A DNA stretch of 64,000 bases from Bradymonadia bacterium (GCA_046290225.1 JBKAGE010000034.1:1-64000), one strand, 5' to 3'. Positions 38,463 to 48,620 are shown, numbered from the stretch's first letter. The notes: generated by a model not told the origin, from the letters alone. Made by a program: numbers and translations.

Positions 38463-39461
38463 ATGACATACCCCCTCGAACATCCCGACGCCCTCCGCCC
38501 TCGGGCGGAGATTGCCCAGAATGGTGGCTTTCATCGAGCCGTGGAGCGCCGCAAGGATACGGCGTGGCTCCAGCACGCACTCAGCGCCTCAGAAACCCGT
38601 GTCATCCCCACCTGGAAGGGTAAGGTGCTTCTCGCTGGAGGCCGCGCTGCGCCCCGCCTCGGACACCTCTCTGGAGACGCCTGCGCCTGGGACAAACTCG
38701 CCGATTCAGTGTCACTCCTCGGCGTCGACGCTGATGGTCCGTGGATCGTGGCGGATCTACCCCGTGACGCGGTGCCGGGCTCGATCCCGGCCATCGCAGA
38801 GGCCGGAGCCTTCGTCGATTTGAGATCGGCGGCGATGCAGCTCGACGGGCCCTCGGGCGCGCTGGCGGCACACGCTCGGGCCCTGGCGTGGTTTCACCAA
38901 CGTCACCGTTATTGTGGTGTGTGCGGTGCCCCGACGCTCGCCACCGAGGCAGGCAACGCCCGCAAGTGCAGCGCCCCTGAGTGCGGCGCCACGGTGTATC
39001 CACGCAACGATCCGGCGATCATCGTCCTGGTGCATCACACTGACGCCGCTGGCGAGGTCCGATGCTTCCTCGGCCGGAGTCCGCGCTTCCCGCCGGGCAT
39101 GTTCTCAGTGCTCGCCGGATTCTCCGAAGCTGGAGAAGGTCTCGAGGCTGCGGTACGCCGTGAGGTGCACGAAGAGGTGGGCCTCGATGTCGAAGACATC
39201 GTGTACTGCGGATCTCAACCCTGGCCCTTCCCTCAATCGCTGATGCTGGGCTTCGCCGCCCGGGCCACCCACGAAGACTTCACCCTCGATCAAGAGGAGA
39301 TCGAGGCGGGCCGCTGGTTCACCCGAGACGAAATTCGGGGGCTGCTCTCCGGAGATGGTGACCCCCTGCCTGAAGGCGTGCTCTGGATTCCCCCGCCAGT
39401 GAGCATCGCCAGAGCGCTCATCGATCAATGGCTCGAAGGCGCTCTCCCCCAGCCTGCCTGA
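38463..39461 (+). CDS. nudC: NAD(H) diphosphatase NudC
   Basis: Zn ribbon YCGVCG...CSAPEC; YPRNDPAII; Nudix box GFSEAGEGLEAAVRREVHEEVG; signature SQPWPFPQS. Confidence 0.95.
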   Translation: MTYPLEHPDALRPRAEIAQNGGFHRAVERRKDTAWLQHALSASETRVIPTWKGKVLLAGGRAAPRLGHLSGDACAWDKLADSVSLLGVDADGPWIVADLPRDAVPGSIPAIAEAGAFVDLRSAAMQLDGPSGALAAHARALAWFHQRHRYCGVCGAPTLATEAGNARKCSAPECGATVYPRNDPAIIVLVHHTDAAGEVRCFLGRSPRFPPGMFSVLAGFSEAGEGLEAAVRREVHEEVGLDVEDIVYCGSQPWPFPQSLMLGFAARATHEDFTLDQEEIEAGRWFTRDEIRGLLSGDGDPLPEGVLWIPPPVSIARALIDQWLEGALPQPA

Positions 39462-39541
39462 CGGCCTGGGGATTGCGCAAAGGGGCCTCGCCATGGCAAT
39501 ACACGCCGATCGAATCACTGTGATGCGCGAGGCTTGATTTC

Positions 39542-40174
39542 ATGGATCCAGCACCCCTCAGCTTTGGTGCCCGGCTCGTCCTGGCCTTTGTTCTGCCCTG
39601 GCGTCTGCTCTTCGACGGTGCGCTCGCTGGTCGAGTGAAGGCCGCTGCTGATGGTCAGCTCGCTCTCCCCGAGCCCCAGAGCCCCGAGCCCCAAGGTGTG
39701 GTGGCCGAAGAGGCAGCCCCTGAGCCTCAGGCGCCGGAGCCCGCCCCTGAGCCAGAGGTGGTGGCGGAAGAGGTGGCCCCCGAGCCCGCAGGGCCAGACT
39801 ACACCTCTGCCCTTCAGGTGCTCTCCATTCTTCAGCGCGAGGGTCGGCTCATCGACTTCTTGCAAGAAGATCTCGCCGGCGCTGGCGACGCCGACATCGG
39901 CGCTGCGGCGCGCGTGGTGCATGAGGGCTGCAAACGGGCCCTCTCCGAGTATGTCTCGGTGGAGGCGATCCGCACCGAGATGGAGGGTGATCCCGTCACT
40001 CTGGAGAAGGGCTTCGATCCCGAGGCTCACCGCCTGACGGGCAATGTGGTGGGCGCGCCTCCCTTCAAGGGCACTCTGGCGCACCACGGCTGGCGGGTGA
40101 GCACCATCAAGCTCCCTGAGCTTGCCGAAGGCCGCGATCCCCACGTGGTGGCGCCTGCGGAAGTCGAGCTCTAG
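39542..40174 (+). CDS. DUF2760-family protein (GrpE-like C-terminus)
   Basis: ALQVLSILQREGRLIDFLQEDL...DIGAAARVVHEGC...LTGNVVGAPPFKGTLAHHGW...APAEVEL; Pro/Glu linker with an internal duplication. Confidence 0.88.
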   Translation: MDPAPLSFGARLVLAFVLPWRLLFDGALAGRVKAAADGQLALPEPQSPEPQGVVAEEAAPEPQAPEPAPEPEVVAEEVAPEPAGPDYTSALQVLSILQREGRLIDFLQEDLAGAGDADIGAAARVVHEGCKRALSEYVSVEAIRTEMEGDPVTLEKGFDPEAHRLTGNVVGAPPFKGTLAHHGWRVSTIKLPELAEGRDPHVVAPAEVEL

Positions 40175-40227
40175 ATTCGTCGACGATCGGTCGCCCCCCT
40201 CTACCCCCTCTCGAGCAGGAGCAGATC

Positions 40228-42042
40228 ATGTCCGGCGCCAATGACGCTTCCCCTTCGACCCGCTTCGCCGTGGGGATCGACCTGGGCACCACCAACTGTG
40301 CCCTGGCATTCAGGCCCATCGACGACGAAGGGGCCACCCCGGAGTCTTTCGAGATCCCTCAGGTGATTCAGCCCGGCGAGGTGGCCGCTCAGCGGCTGCT
40401 GCCCTCGTTCATGTACCTCCCCGCAGAGGGGGAGCTCTCCGAGGGCGCCCTCGGGGTGCCGTGGGATCCATCCCCTGTGGGCGCTGTGGGCCGTTTCGCC
40501 CGAGACAAAGGGGCCAGCACCCCTGCCCGGCTGGTCTCTTCGGCGAAGAGCTGGCTCTCCCACGCGGCGGTGGATCGTCGAGGGCCGATCCTGCCCTGGC
40601 GTGCCCCTGAAGAGGTGCCCAAGCTTTCCCCCCTCGAGGCATCGGCACGCTATCTGGATCATCTGCGCTCTGCCTGGGACAACGCCCACCCGGAGGCCCC
40701 CCTCGCGGAGCAGGAGCTCGTGCTCACGGTGCCCGCCTCATTCGACGCTGTGGCCCGAGAGCTTACGGTCGAGGCGGCTCATATGGCCGGTCTCAGCCAG
40801 CTGCGGTTGCTCGAGGAGCCCCAGGCTGCGCTGTACGCCTGGCTCGCGGACGAGGGTGCCAGCTGGCGCAAGCAGGTGAGCGTCGGCGACACGCTGCTGG
40901 TGGTGGACATCGGGGGTGGCACCACCGACTTCTCGCTGATCTCGGTTCAAGAAGAAGGCGGCAACCTGCAGCTCGAGCGCATCGCTGTGGGCGATCACAT
41001 CCTGCTCGGCGGCGACAACATGGATCTCGCCCTCGCCTTCACCGTAAAGGCCCGCCTTGAGAAGGAAGGCCGCAAGCTCGATGACTGGCAGGTGAGAGCT
41101 CTCACCTATGGCTGTCGTCAAGGCAAAGAGGCGCTCTTCTCCGATCCTGATCTCGCCGCTCACCCTCTCGTGGTCCCCGGCCGGGGCAGTCGCCTCATCG
41201 GCAACACCCTGCGCACTGAGCTGACCCGCGAAGAGCTCAACCGCGTCGTGTTGTACGGGTTCATGCCCGAGGTGGCGGCGGCAGATCGTCCGAAGGTGCG
41301 CATGCGGGCCGGCCTCACCACGCTGGGCCTCCCATACGCCACCGACGCCGCGATCACCCGCCACCTCGCGGCCTTCCTCGGTCGTGAGAGCCTGCCACGG
41401 GGCGAGGGGCACAGCTTCACGCACCCCACCGCGGTCCTCTTCAACGGTGGGGTGACCCGCTCCCCTGTGGTGCGAGATCGCATCATCTCGGTGCTCAGCC
41501 AGTGGTCCACCGGCGAGGGTGGAGAAGGCCCCAAGATCCTCGAGGGGGTGCACCCCGATCTCGCGGTGTGCCGCGGAGCGGCCTACTACGCTCACGCCCG
41601 GCAGAGCGGCGGTCTGCGCATCAAGGGGGGTACGGCGCGCGCCTACTACGTGGGTGTGGAGCGGGCAGAGCTCGCGGTGCCGGGGATCCCGCCCCAGGTA
41701 GACGCCATGTGCATCGCCCCCTTCGGCATGGAGGAAGGCGCCGAGGCCGCGCTGCCCGAGGCTTTCGGGCTGTTCACGGGCGAACCGGTGAGCTTCCGGT
41801 TCTTCTGCAGCTCGGAGCGCCGCGAAGATGCCCCAGGGGCCATCCTCGACCCCGACGATCTCGAGGAGCTGGCCCCCATCGAGACCACCCTCGACGGTGA
41901 GCCTGGGGCCGTGGCCACTGTGCAGCTCCAAGCACGCGTCACCGAGGTGGGTACGCTCGAGTTGTCTGCCGTGGAGCAGCGGCCCGACCAGTCAGCCTCG
42001 GGTCGTGCCTGGAAACTCAGCTTCAACGTCAGGGTGGAGTAG
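40228..42042 (+). CDS. atypical Hsp70/DnaK-family protein (short)
   Basis: GIDLGTTN; LTVPASFD; EEPQAA; DIGGGTTD; LGGDNMD; non-canonical C-terminal domain. Confidence 0.92.
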   Translation: MSGANDASPSTRFAVGIDLGTTNCALAFRPIDDEGATPESFEIPQVIQPGEVAAQRLLPSFMYLPAEGELSEGALGVPWDPSPVGAVGRFARDKGASTPARLVSSAKSWLSHAAVDRRGPILPWRAPEEVPKLSPLEASARYLDHLRSAWDNAHPEAPLAEQELVLTVPASFDAVARELTVEAAHMAGLSQLRLLEEPQAALYAWLADEGASWRKQVSVGDTLLVVDIGGGTTDFSLISVQEEGGNLQLERIAVGDHILLGGDNMDLALAFTVKARLEKEGRKLDDWQVRALTYGCRQGKEALFSDPDLAAHPLVVPGRGSRLIGNTLRTELTREELNRVVLYGFMPEVAAADRPKVRMRAGLTTLGLPYATDAAITRHLAAFLGRESLPRGEGHSFTHPTAVLFNGGVTRSPVVRDRIISVLSQWSTGEGGEGPKILEGVHPDLAVCRGAAYYAHARQSGGLRIKGGTARAYYVGVERAELAVPGIPPQVDAMCIAPFGMEEGAEAALPEAFGLFTGEPVSFRFFCSSERREDAPGAILDPDDLEELAPIETTLDGEPGAVATVQLQARVTEVGTLELSAVEQRPDQSASGRAWKLSFNVRVE

Positions 42043-42045
42043 CCC

Positions 42046-44880
42046 GTGGTCAGCCCCCGTTACGTCATCGGCATCGACCTCGGCACCACCCACTGTGCCG
42101 TCGCCGCCAGCCTCGTCAGTCGCCCCAATATCAAGATCTTCGAGGTGCCCCAGCTCGTGGCTCCTGGTGAGATCGACGGGCGCCCCCTGCTGCCCTCCTT
42201 CATGTATTTGCCCGCCCCTGGCGAGCTCAGCGACGCCGATCGGACCCTGCCCTGGTCGGGGACCGCAGCAGAAGGTGGTGATCGAGGCCCCCTGAAGGGC
42301 TCGACCTCTGCGGATGCGGTGGTGGGCCTCTTCGCCCGTACACAGGGCGCCCGCACACCCATTCGCCTGGTCAGCTCTGCCAAGAGTTGGATCTGCCATG
42401 GCGGGGTGAACCGACGGGCGCCGATTCTGCCGTGGTCCGCCCCCGATGACGGGGCCAAAGTGTCACCCTTCGAGGCCTCGGCTCGATACCTCAACCACCT
42501 GCGAGCGGCATGGGATGCCGCCCACCCTGAGGCCCTCATGGCCGACCAGGAGGTGGTGATCACGGTGCCGGCCTCCTTCGATGGATCGGCCTGTGAGCTG
42601 ACCCAGGAGGCCGCCCGCGCAGCAGGTCTCAAAGATGCCCGGTTGCTCGAGGAGCCTCAGGCGGCGTTCTATGACTTCATCGGCGCCAACGCCGAGAGCC
42701 TCCGAGAGCAGCTCGGCGACGCCCGCCTCGCCCTGGTCATCGACGTAGGCGGCGGCACCACCGATCTCACCCTCATCAAGATCATCCCCGAGGGCGACGG
42801 CCAGCCTGGCCTCGAGCGCATCGCCGTGGGCGGACACCTGATGCTCGGCGGCGACAACATGGACGCCGCTCTGGCCCACCACCTGCAGAAGGCTGCTGGC
42901 ATCAAGGGCCGCATGGATCCCACGGAGTGGTCGGCGTTGGTACAGACCGCCCGTCAGGTGAAGGAGCGCCTGCTCGCCGAGGACGCCCCGGAGCAGACCA
43001 CGGTCTCGATCCAGCGCCGCGGCAGCCGCCTCATCGGCGGCACCCGCAGCGTCACGCTCACCCGTGACGACGCTCAGAAGATCCTGCTCGACGGCTTCGT
43101 CCCCTTCACCGCTCCTGACGAGGTGGCCTCCCGACAGGGTCGCGCCGGCCTCACCACCTTGGGGCTGCCTTACACCACCGACGCCGCCATCCCTCGCCAC
43201 GTATGCACGTTCTTGAGGCGTCACACCGAGGCTGCACGTGCGGCAGGCGCCACCATCGTCGACGGCCTGCCCAGGCCCGATGTGGTGCTGCTCAACGGGG
43301 GTGTCTTCAACGCCCCGAGCCTCATCGAGCGTCTGCAGGGGGTCCTCGACGTGTGGTATGGCGACGCCTCCGTGCGCTTGCTCAAGCACACCTCCCTCGA
43401 CACTGCAGTGGCCCGAGGTGCAGCCCGCTCGGCCCTGAGTCGCCATGGCCTCTCACCGGCCATCTCCGGGGGCACCGCTCGGGCCTACTATGTGGCCGTC
43501 GAGGGTGCTGATGGTGTGCGCCAGGCATTCTGTATCGCCCCCAAGGGCATGGAAGATGGCGAGACCATCGCCGTCAAAGATCGAGTCTTCAAGCTGGTGG
43601 TGGACCGCCCGGTGAGCTTCCCGCTCTTCGCCTACACGGGCGATCGAGTCGACGATGCCGGCGCCCTCGTCCCCATCGACGAGGAGCTTGACGAGTTGCC
43701 GCCGCTGCGCACGACTTTGCGCGTAAAGGGTGACGTCTGGGTGGATCCCGAGACGGGCGGGGTCCCGGTGAACCTCTCCTCTGCCCTCACTGAAGGTGGC
43801 GCTTTGGAGCTGTCCCTGGTGACAGTGGAGCTGCCCCCTCGCCGATGGCGTCTCCAGTTCTCCCTCGATCCACAGCCCGCCCCCAAGGCCCCTGAGCCCG
43901 CAGCCGTGGCGGAGAAGAAGGCGGCGCCTTTACCGCCCGAGCCGCCCTTGCCCGAAGGGTTCTCCCGAGTTCAGAGGCTGCTGGAGCGCACCTTCAACCC
44001 GCACTCTGCCGGGGCGGATCCAAAGGTGGCCAAGCCTCTGCGCAAAGATCTCGAGAAAGAGCTCGGGCCACGGGGCCAGTGGCCCTCTCACGTGTGCCGG
44101 GCTCTTGCCGACCGCCTGCTGAAGGTGGCTCACCTGCGTGGTCGGAGCGCCGGCCACGAGCTGGTGTGGTTGCGCCTCATGGGCTGGTGCGTACGTCCGG
44201 GCTTCGGCGCCCGCAAAGATGCAGAGCGCATCGAGAAGCTTTGGGCGCTCTGGGGCGAGGGGCTGCACAACCCCAACGACAAGGGCCTCTGGTCCGAGTG
44301 GTGGGTGATGTGGCGCCGTCTGGCCGGTGGGCTCTCCGTCGCCCAACAACGTGCGCTGTATGACGCTTGCGCGCCCTGGCTGTCGGGCGGCAAACCCCCT
44401 CCGGGGCCGAGAGCCCACGGGCATCCCGAGATGCTCCGTATGCTCGCAGCCCTCGAGGGCCTGACCTCCGCGCAGAAAGAGCAGAGTGGCAAGTGGACCA
44501 TCGCCCGCCAGCGCAAGGTGGGATCGTGGTGGCCCCTGGGCCGCCTCGGCGCCCGCGCTCCGGTCATCGCCGACGACATTGAGGTGGTCTCCACAGCCAC
44601 TGCTACGGCGTGGCTCAATGCCCTGCTCGAGCAGGACTGGGCCAAGGCCGAGGGGGCAGCATTTGCCGGGGTGATGCTCGCCCGACAGACCGGCATCCCT
44701 GGCCGAGACGTCGACGCAGCCCTCCGGAGTCAGGTGCAAAGCCGGCTGCTGGCCATCAGCGCCCCCAACACCTGGCTGAGCCTGCTCCACGAGCCCGCAG
44801 CGGCACCCACAGGCATCGCCGGCGGCACTGCGAAGGCCCTGCTCGGCGACAGCCTGCCCACCGGACTCCGCCTCGACTGA
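42046..44880 (+). CDS. atypical Hsp70/DnaK-family protein with C-terminal DUF3731-like domain
   Basis: GIDLGTTH; EEPQAA; DVGGGTTD; C-terminal WLRLMGWCVRPGFG, WWVMWRRLAGGL, WPLGRLGAR, GDSLPTGLRL. Confidence 0.92.
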   Translation: MVSPRYVIGIDLGTTHCAVAASLVSRPNIKIFEVPQLVAPGEIDGRPLLPSFMYLPAPGELSDADRTLPWSGTAAEGGDRGPLKGSTSADAVVGLFARTQGARTPIRLVSSAKSWICHGGVNRRAPILPWSAPDDGAKVSPFEASARYLNHLRAAWDAAHPEALMADQEVVITVPASFDGSACELTQEAARAAGLKDARLLEEPQAAFYDFIGANAESLREQLGDARLALVIDVGGGTTDLTLIKIIPEGDGQPGLERIAVGGHLMLGGDNMDAALAHHLQKAAGIKGRMDPTEWSALVQTARQVKERLLAEDAPEQTTVSIQRRGSRLIGGTRSVTLTRDDAQKILLDGFVPFTAPDEVASRQGRAGLTTLGLPYTTDAAIPRHVCTFLRRHTEAARAAGATIVDGLPRPDVVLLNGGVFNAPSLIERLQGVLDVWYGDASVRLLKHTSLDTAVARGAARSALSRHGLSPAISGGTARAYYVAVEGADGVRQAFCIAPKGMEDGETIAVKDRVFKLVVDRPVSFPLFAYTGDRVDDAGALVPIDEELDELPPLRTTLRVKGDVWVDPETGGVPVNLSSALTEGGALELSLVTVELPPRRWRLQFSLDPQPAPKAPEPAAVAEKKAAPLPPEPPLPEGFSRVQRLLERTFNPHSAGADPKVAKPLRKDLEKELGPRGQWPSHVCRALADRLLKVAHLRGRSAGHELVWLRLMGWCVRPGFGARKDAERIEKLWALWGEGLHNPNDKGLWSEWWVMWRRLAGGLSVAQQRALYDACAPWLSGGKPPPGPRAHGHPEMLRMLAALEGLTSAQKEQSGKWTIARQRKVGSWWPLGRLGARAPVIADDIEVVSTATATAWLNALLEQDWAKAEGAAFAGVMLARQTGIPGRDVDAALRSQVQSRLLAISAPNTWLSLLHEPAAAPTGIAGGTAKALLGDSLPTGLRLD

Positions 44881-45012
44881 TCCACCCTCGACTGTTCCCA
44901 TCTGGCGCTCTGGTATCTGAGCCGCGGGTGCTCTAGTCTGTAACTCCTCTGCGTATCACAATGTGATTGGCAAACTGGTGCGCAGGTGCGCTCTCTCCAT
45001 TGAAAGGCAGCG

Positions 45013-46704
45013 ATGCAGATCTATACCAAGATCCTCCTGGGGATGCTGGCGGGCACCGTCATCGGCCTCACCCTGGGACCCACCTCCTCAGTGCTCGAAG
45101 CCGACGTCTACAGCCTGGAAGATGCCAGCGCGTACACGCTTCAGATCGACGTCGACGACCCTTCCACTACGGTAAAAATCCCGAAGATGGTGAAGGTCAA
45201 GTTCGAGATCCTCGAGCAGCGAGAAGACGTCTTCGTCGACAAGGCGGGCAAGAGCCACACCCTGCCGGCATGGTCCAAGGTGGAGTTCAGCTACTCCAAA
45301 GAGATGGCCATCCGCGACACAGGGGGTCAGCTCGCCGAAGCCTTCAACAAGCCCAAGCAGGGGGAGCGCCTCACGGCGTGGCTCAAGCTGAAGCACATCC
45401 CCTTGGAGAAGGGCGAGTTCGTCACCAGCCCATCGCCCATCAGCGGCCTCGGCGAGACGGTGATCTCGTGGCTGAGCCCCATCGGCAAGATCTTCATGCG
45501 GCTCATCAAGATGGTGATCGTACCTCTGGTCTTCGCCTCTCTGCTCGTCGGTGTAGCCAGCCTCGGCGACATCCGCAAGCTGGGACGCCTCGGTGGCCGC
45601 ACCCTGCTCGTCTACATGGTCACCACCGCCGTGGCCATCACTGTGGGTCTGGTCCTCGCTCAGCTCGTCGATCCGGGCAGCTTCATGGAAGAGGCCGACA
45701 AAGCGAGACTCACAGCCCAGTTCCAATCAGCGGCAGGGACAAAAGTGGCCAAAGCGGCCGCAGCGCCGAGCACGCTCGACAACATCTTGAGCATCATCCC
45801 CGCCAACCCCATGGAGTCTCTCTCCACGGGGAACATGCTGCAGGTCATCTTCTTCGCCGCCATCTTCGGCATCGCCCTCACCATGCTCGGGGCCAAAGAG
45901 GCCAAGCCCGTCGTCACCTTCTTCGACAAGGTGCAGCTGGCCATGATCCAGATCATCCACATGGTCATGCTCATCGCCCCCTTCGGGGTCGCCGCCCTCA
46001 TCGCCGAAGTGGTGGGCAACAGCGGTGCCTCCGTCTTACTGGCGTTATTAGGGTACGGACTCACAGTGGTGGCGGGGCTGCTCATCCACGGCGGTCTCAT
46101 CTACGGTGGTATGGTGAAGTTCGTCGCCAAGCTCTCCTGGGTGGACTTCATGAAGGCCATCCGCCCCGCTCAGCTCATCGCGTTCTCCACGTCGTCTTCT
46201 TCAGCAGCCCTGCCCGTCTCCATGGAGTGTGCTGAGCAGAACCTGCGGGTCTCGAACCCCGTGGCCAGCTTCGTTTTGCCTCTGGGCTCCACGGTGAACA
46301 TGGACGGCACCGCCCTCTACCAGGGGGTGGCCGCGATGTTCATCGCTCAGGTCTTCGGCATCGATCTCACCATCGGCGATCAGGTGAGCATCGTCGCCGC
46401 CGCCACCATGGCCTCTGTCGGTGCCGCCGGCGTGCCCGGCGCGGGTATGATCACCCTGGCCATGGTGCTCACCTCTGCGGGCATCCCCACTGTGGGCATC
46501 GCCCTGATCCTCGGCATGGACCGCCTGCTCGACATGTTCCGAACCGCAGTGAACGTCACCGGTGATCTCACAGTGACCGCCATGATGGCCGCCCTCGAAG
46601 GCGAGGATGTCCGGCCCATGACCGCATCAGAAGACCAAGCCAATCCCAATCAAGGGTTCGAAGGCCGCCTGGAGCATCAGCCAGAAGCGGTCGAGCCCGA
46701 TTGA
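45013..46704 (+). CDS. dicarboxylate/amino acid:cation symporter (GltP/DAACS family)
   Basis: FMRLIKMVIVPLVF; IIPANP; AFSTSSSSAALP; TVNMDGT; DRLLDMFRTAVNVTGD. Confidence 0.93.
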   Translation: MQIYTKILLGMLAGTVIGLTLGPTSSVLEADVYSLEDASAYTLQIDVDDPSTTVKIPKMVKVKFEILEQREDVFVDKAGKSHTLPAWSKVEFSYSKEMAIRDTGGQLAEAFNKPKQGERLTAWLKLKHIPLEKGEFVTSPSPISGLGETVISWLSPIGKIFMRLIKMVIVPLVFASLLVGVASLGDIRKLGRLGGRTLLVYMVTTAVAITVGLVLAQLVDPGSFMEEADKARLTAQFQSAAGTKVAKAAAAPSTLDNILSIIPANPMESLSTGNMLQVIFFAAIFGIALTMLGAKEAKPVVTFFDKVQLAMIQIIHMVMLIAPFGVAALIAEVVGNSGASVLLALLGYGLTVVAGLLIHGGLIYGGMVKFVAKLSWVDFMKAIRPAQLIAFSTSSSSAALPVSMECAEQNLRVSNPVASFVLPLGSTVNMDGTALYQGVAAMFIAQVFGIDLTIGDQVSIVAAATMASVGAAGVPGAGMITLAMVLTSAGIPTVGIALILGMDRLLDMFRTAVNVTGDLTVTAMMAALEGEDVRPMTASEDQANPNQGFEGRLEHQPEAVEPD

Positions 46705-46735
46705 TCGAACTCACTGATCACACCGACTGATCGAG

Positions 46736-47488
46736 ATGCCCTTCATGATCCATTGCCGCTCTCTCTTCGTGATCCTGACCCTCGTGGCCGCCGGCTGTGG
46801 TGGCGTTCAACAACCCGACGCCCCCGACATCAACACCCTGGAGCACGCCCCCAACCCCGACACGCCCCAGGCCCGAGGTGACGGCATGCAGGTCGAGGGC
46901 CTGTGGGGCAGCCTCGACGCTGAGCAGATCAGCGGGGTGATGATGGAGCAGATGGCGGGGTTCTCGAACTGCTTCCGCAAGAGCCCAGGCAGCTTTGTCT
47001 CCGGCGAAGTGCACCTCGCCTTCGTGGTCTCCTCCCGCGGCCGGGTGGAGCAGGTCTCCGTGGCCCGCTCGGATCTCGGCGCATGGCAGGTGGAGGATTG
47101 CCTGCTCAAGGCAGCGAAGTTCTTGATCTTCCCACCCCCTACAGGCAATGCCCGGGCCCGCTTCGCCTACCCGCTCATGTGGAACCAGGCCGGCGATCGC
47201 CTCGCGCTCCCCATGCAGCCCGCCTGGGGCTATCAGACGCTGTCCTCAAACAAGAAGCAGCTGCGTCGCTGTCGCGATCGTCATGACTTCAAAGACGCCT
47301 TCAACGTCACACTCTACGTGGGCCGGCTCGGTGAGGTGATCTCTGCGGGGTTCGACTCGGAGGTGGCACCCAAGGATCCCGAGCTGTCGGGATGCATCGT
47401 GAGCGCCGTCGAGGGCATGCGGTTTCCGGATCCTGGGGGGCGCGTGGTGAAGTACCGCGCCCTCTTGGAGTACGCCCCCCAGGGTTAG
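46736..47488 (+). CDS. lipoprotein with tandem AgmX/TonB-C-like domains
   Basis: Lipobox VAAGC; two repeats of C..G.V.L.F.V...G.V...C.....FP.P. Confidence 0.65.
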   Translation: MPFMIHCRSLFVILTLVAAGCGGVQQPDAPDINTLEHAPNPDTPQARGDGMQVEGLWGSLDAEQISGVMMEQMAGFSNCFRKSPGSFVSGEVHLAFVVSSRGRVEQVSVARSDLGAWQVEDCLLKAAKFLIFPPPTGNARARFAYPLMWNQAGDRLALPMQPAWGYQTLSSNKKQLRRCRDRHDFKDAFNVTLYVGRLGEVISAGFDSEVAPKDPELSGCIVSAVEGMRFPDPGGRVVKYRALLEYAPQG

Positions 47489-47498
47489 AGCTGAATGC

Positions 47499-48206
47499 TC
47501 AGCCCTCTTCCAGCCCCTTGCGCACCATCTCCCGCACATAGCGCGCCACCACGGCGGTGGCGGTGGAGTTGAGCACGAAGTTGCGCACCTTGTTGCGATC
47601 AGGGGTGCGGAAGTTGTTGTAGAAGACCAGATCTCCGATGAACAGCTGCTGGCTGCCCTCGATCTCGATGAGGCCGGGGATGTTGTCTTCGATGTCACCT
47701 GCAGGCAGCGCCGACTCGAAGCCCGGCAAGCAGAGCTCACGGGGCAGCGTACTCTGCTGATCCTTCGAGGGCAGCCCACCTCGGTGGTAGAGGTGCAGCG
47801 TGTCGGGATCGCGCCCCATCTTCTTCACCACCGACTCCACCCGCGGGCTCTGACTGAAGGCCACGTAGATGTCGGGCTCCACGGGCTCCGAGGTCCCGGG
47901 CAGATCACGGACCACAGCGGCGGCGAGCTCGGGCAGCCCCGAGGACTGGCGATGCATACGCACGAGGGCCCACATCCGCCCAGGGTGGATGTTGAAGGGC
48001 TCGATGAGGCCGATGAAGGGCTCGAAGGAGAAGGTCAGCCATGCGTGGCTCTGGGACTTGCGACCAGCGGCGAGAACGGGCCGATAGAGCATGTGCACGT
48101 CGCGGATCTCCTGCACGAGGGCGTGCAATACGCCATCGTTGAACAGGGGCTCGGCACGGCCCTCGATGAGGTTTTCCAGACGATCGGCGATGTCTCTCAG
48201 TCGCAT
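47499..48206 (-). CDS. hypothetical protein
   Basis: 235-aa ORF with GAGGAG RBS and host-like codon usage; no motif recognised. Confidence 0.75.
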   Translation of the reverse strand: MRLRDIADRLENLIEGRAEPLFNDGVLHALVQEIRDVHMLYRPVLAAGRKSQSHAWLTFSFEPFIGLIEPFNIHPGRMWALVRMHRQSSGLPELAAAVVRDLPGTSEPVEPDIYVAFSQSPRVESVVKKMGRDPDTLHLYHRGGLPSKDQQSTLPRELCLPGFESALPAGDIEDNIPGLIEIEGSQQLFIGDLVFYNNFRTPDRNKVRNFVLNSTATAVVARYVREMVRKGLEEG

Positions 48207-48366
48207 CTCAACTCCTCAGGCTCAAGCCTCGTGTGAGGCTCACACCTTCCAGGTCACTGGTCCCGTAGGACCAGCCCTGGCGCTCCAGGGCATGTCGTGG
48301 GGGGCGGATGTCTGGCCGCCGGGCCAACCCGCCGTGCTAACCGTACCCCCTGCAACGCCCCAGCAC

Positions 48367-48405
48367 AAAAAATACGGGGGCTTCGGATGAATCGAAGCCC
48401 CCGTA
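48367..48405 (-). terminator. rho-independent terminator downstream of tRNA-Arg
   Basis: Stem TACGGGGGCTTCG/CGAAGCCCCCGTA followed by a T-tract on the minus strand. Confidence 0.85.
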
Positions 48406-48473
48406 AAGGACTCTGCATGCACGAGGTTCACGAAGAACCGGACAAAAAATCGTGCAGAGCGATTTCTCATGTG

Positions 48474-48547
48474 TGCCCCCAGCAGGACTCGAACCTGCGA
48501 CCCCAGGTTTAGGAAACCTGTGCTCTATCCAACTGAGCTATGGAGGC
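48474..48547 (-). tRNA. tRNA-Arg (CCT)
   Basis: GCCTCCATAGCTCAGTTGGATAGAGCACAGGT-TTCCTAA-ACCTGGGGTCGCAGGTTCGAGTCCTGCTGGGGGCA cloverleaf. Confidence 0.96.
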
Positions 48548-48620
48548 ATGATGTGTGCTCTACAGGGCCTCGACACCGATCGAAACCGCTCAGAGCGCCG
48601 CGGGCATTTCAGCGCGCGGT

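Noticed and set aside
48240..48470. 76-aa ORF or SRP/6S RNA between tRNA-Arg and the orphan gene
   Set aside because: The ORF crosses a terminator; the SRP GGAA-loop motif and the long 6S rod structure were not found.
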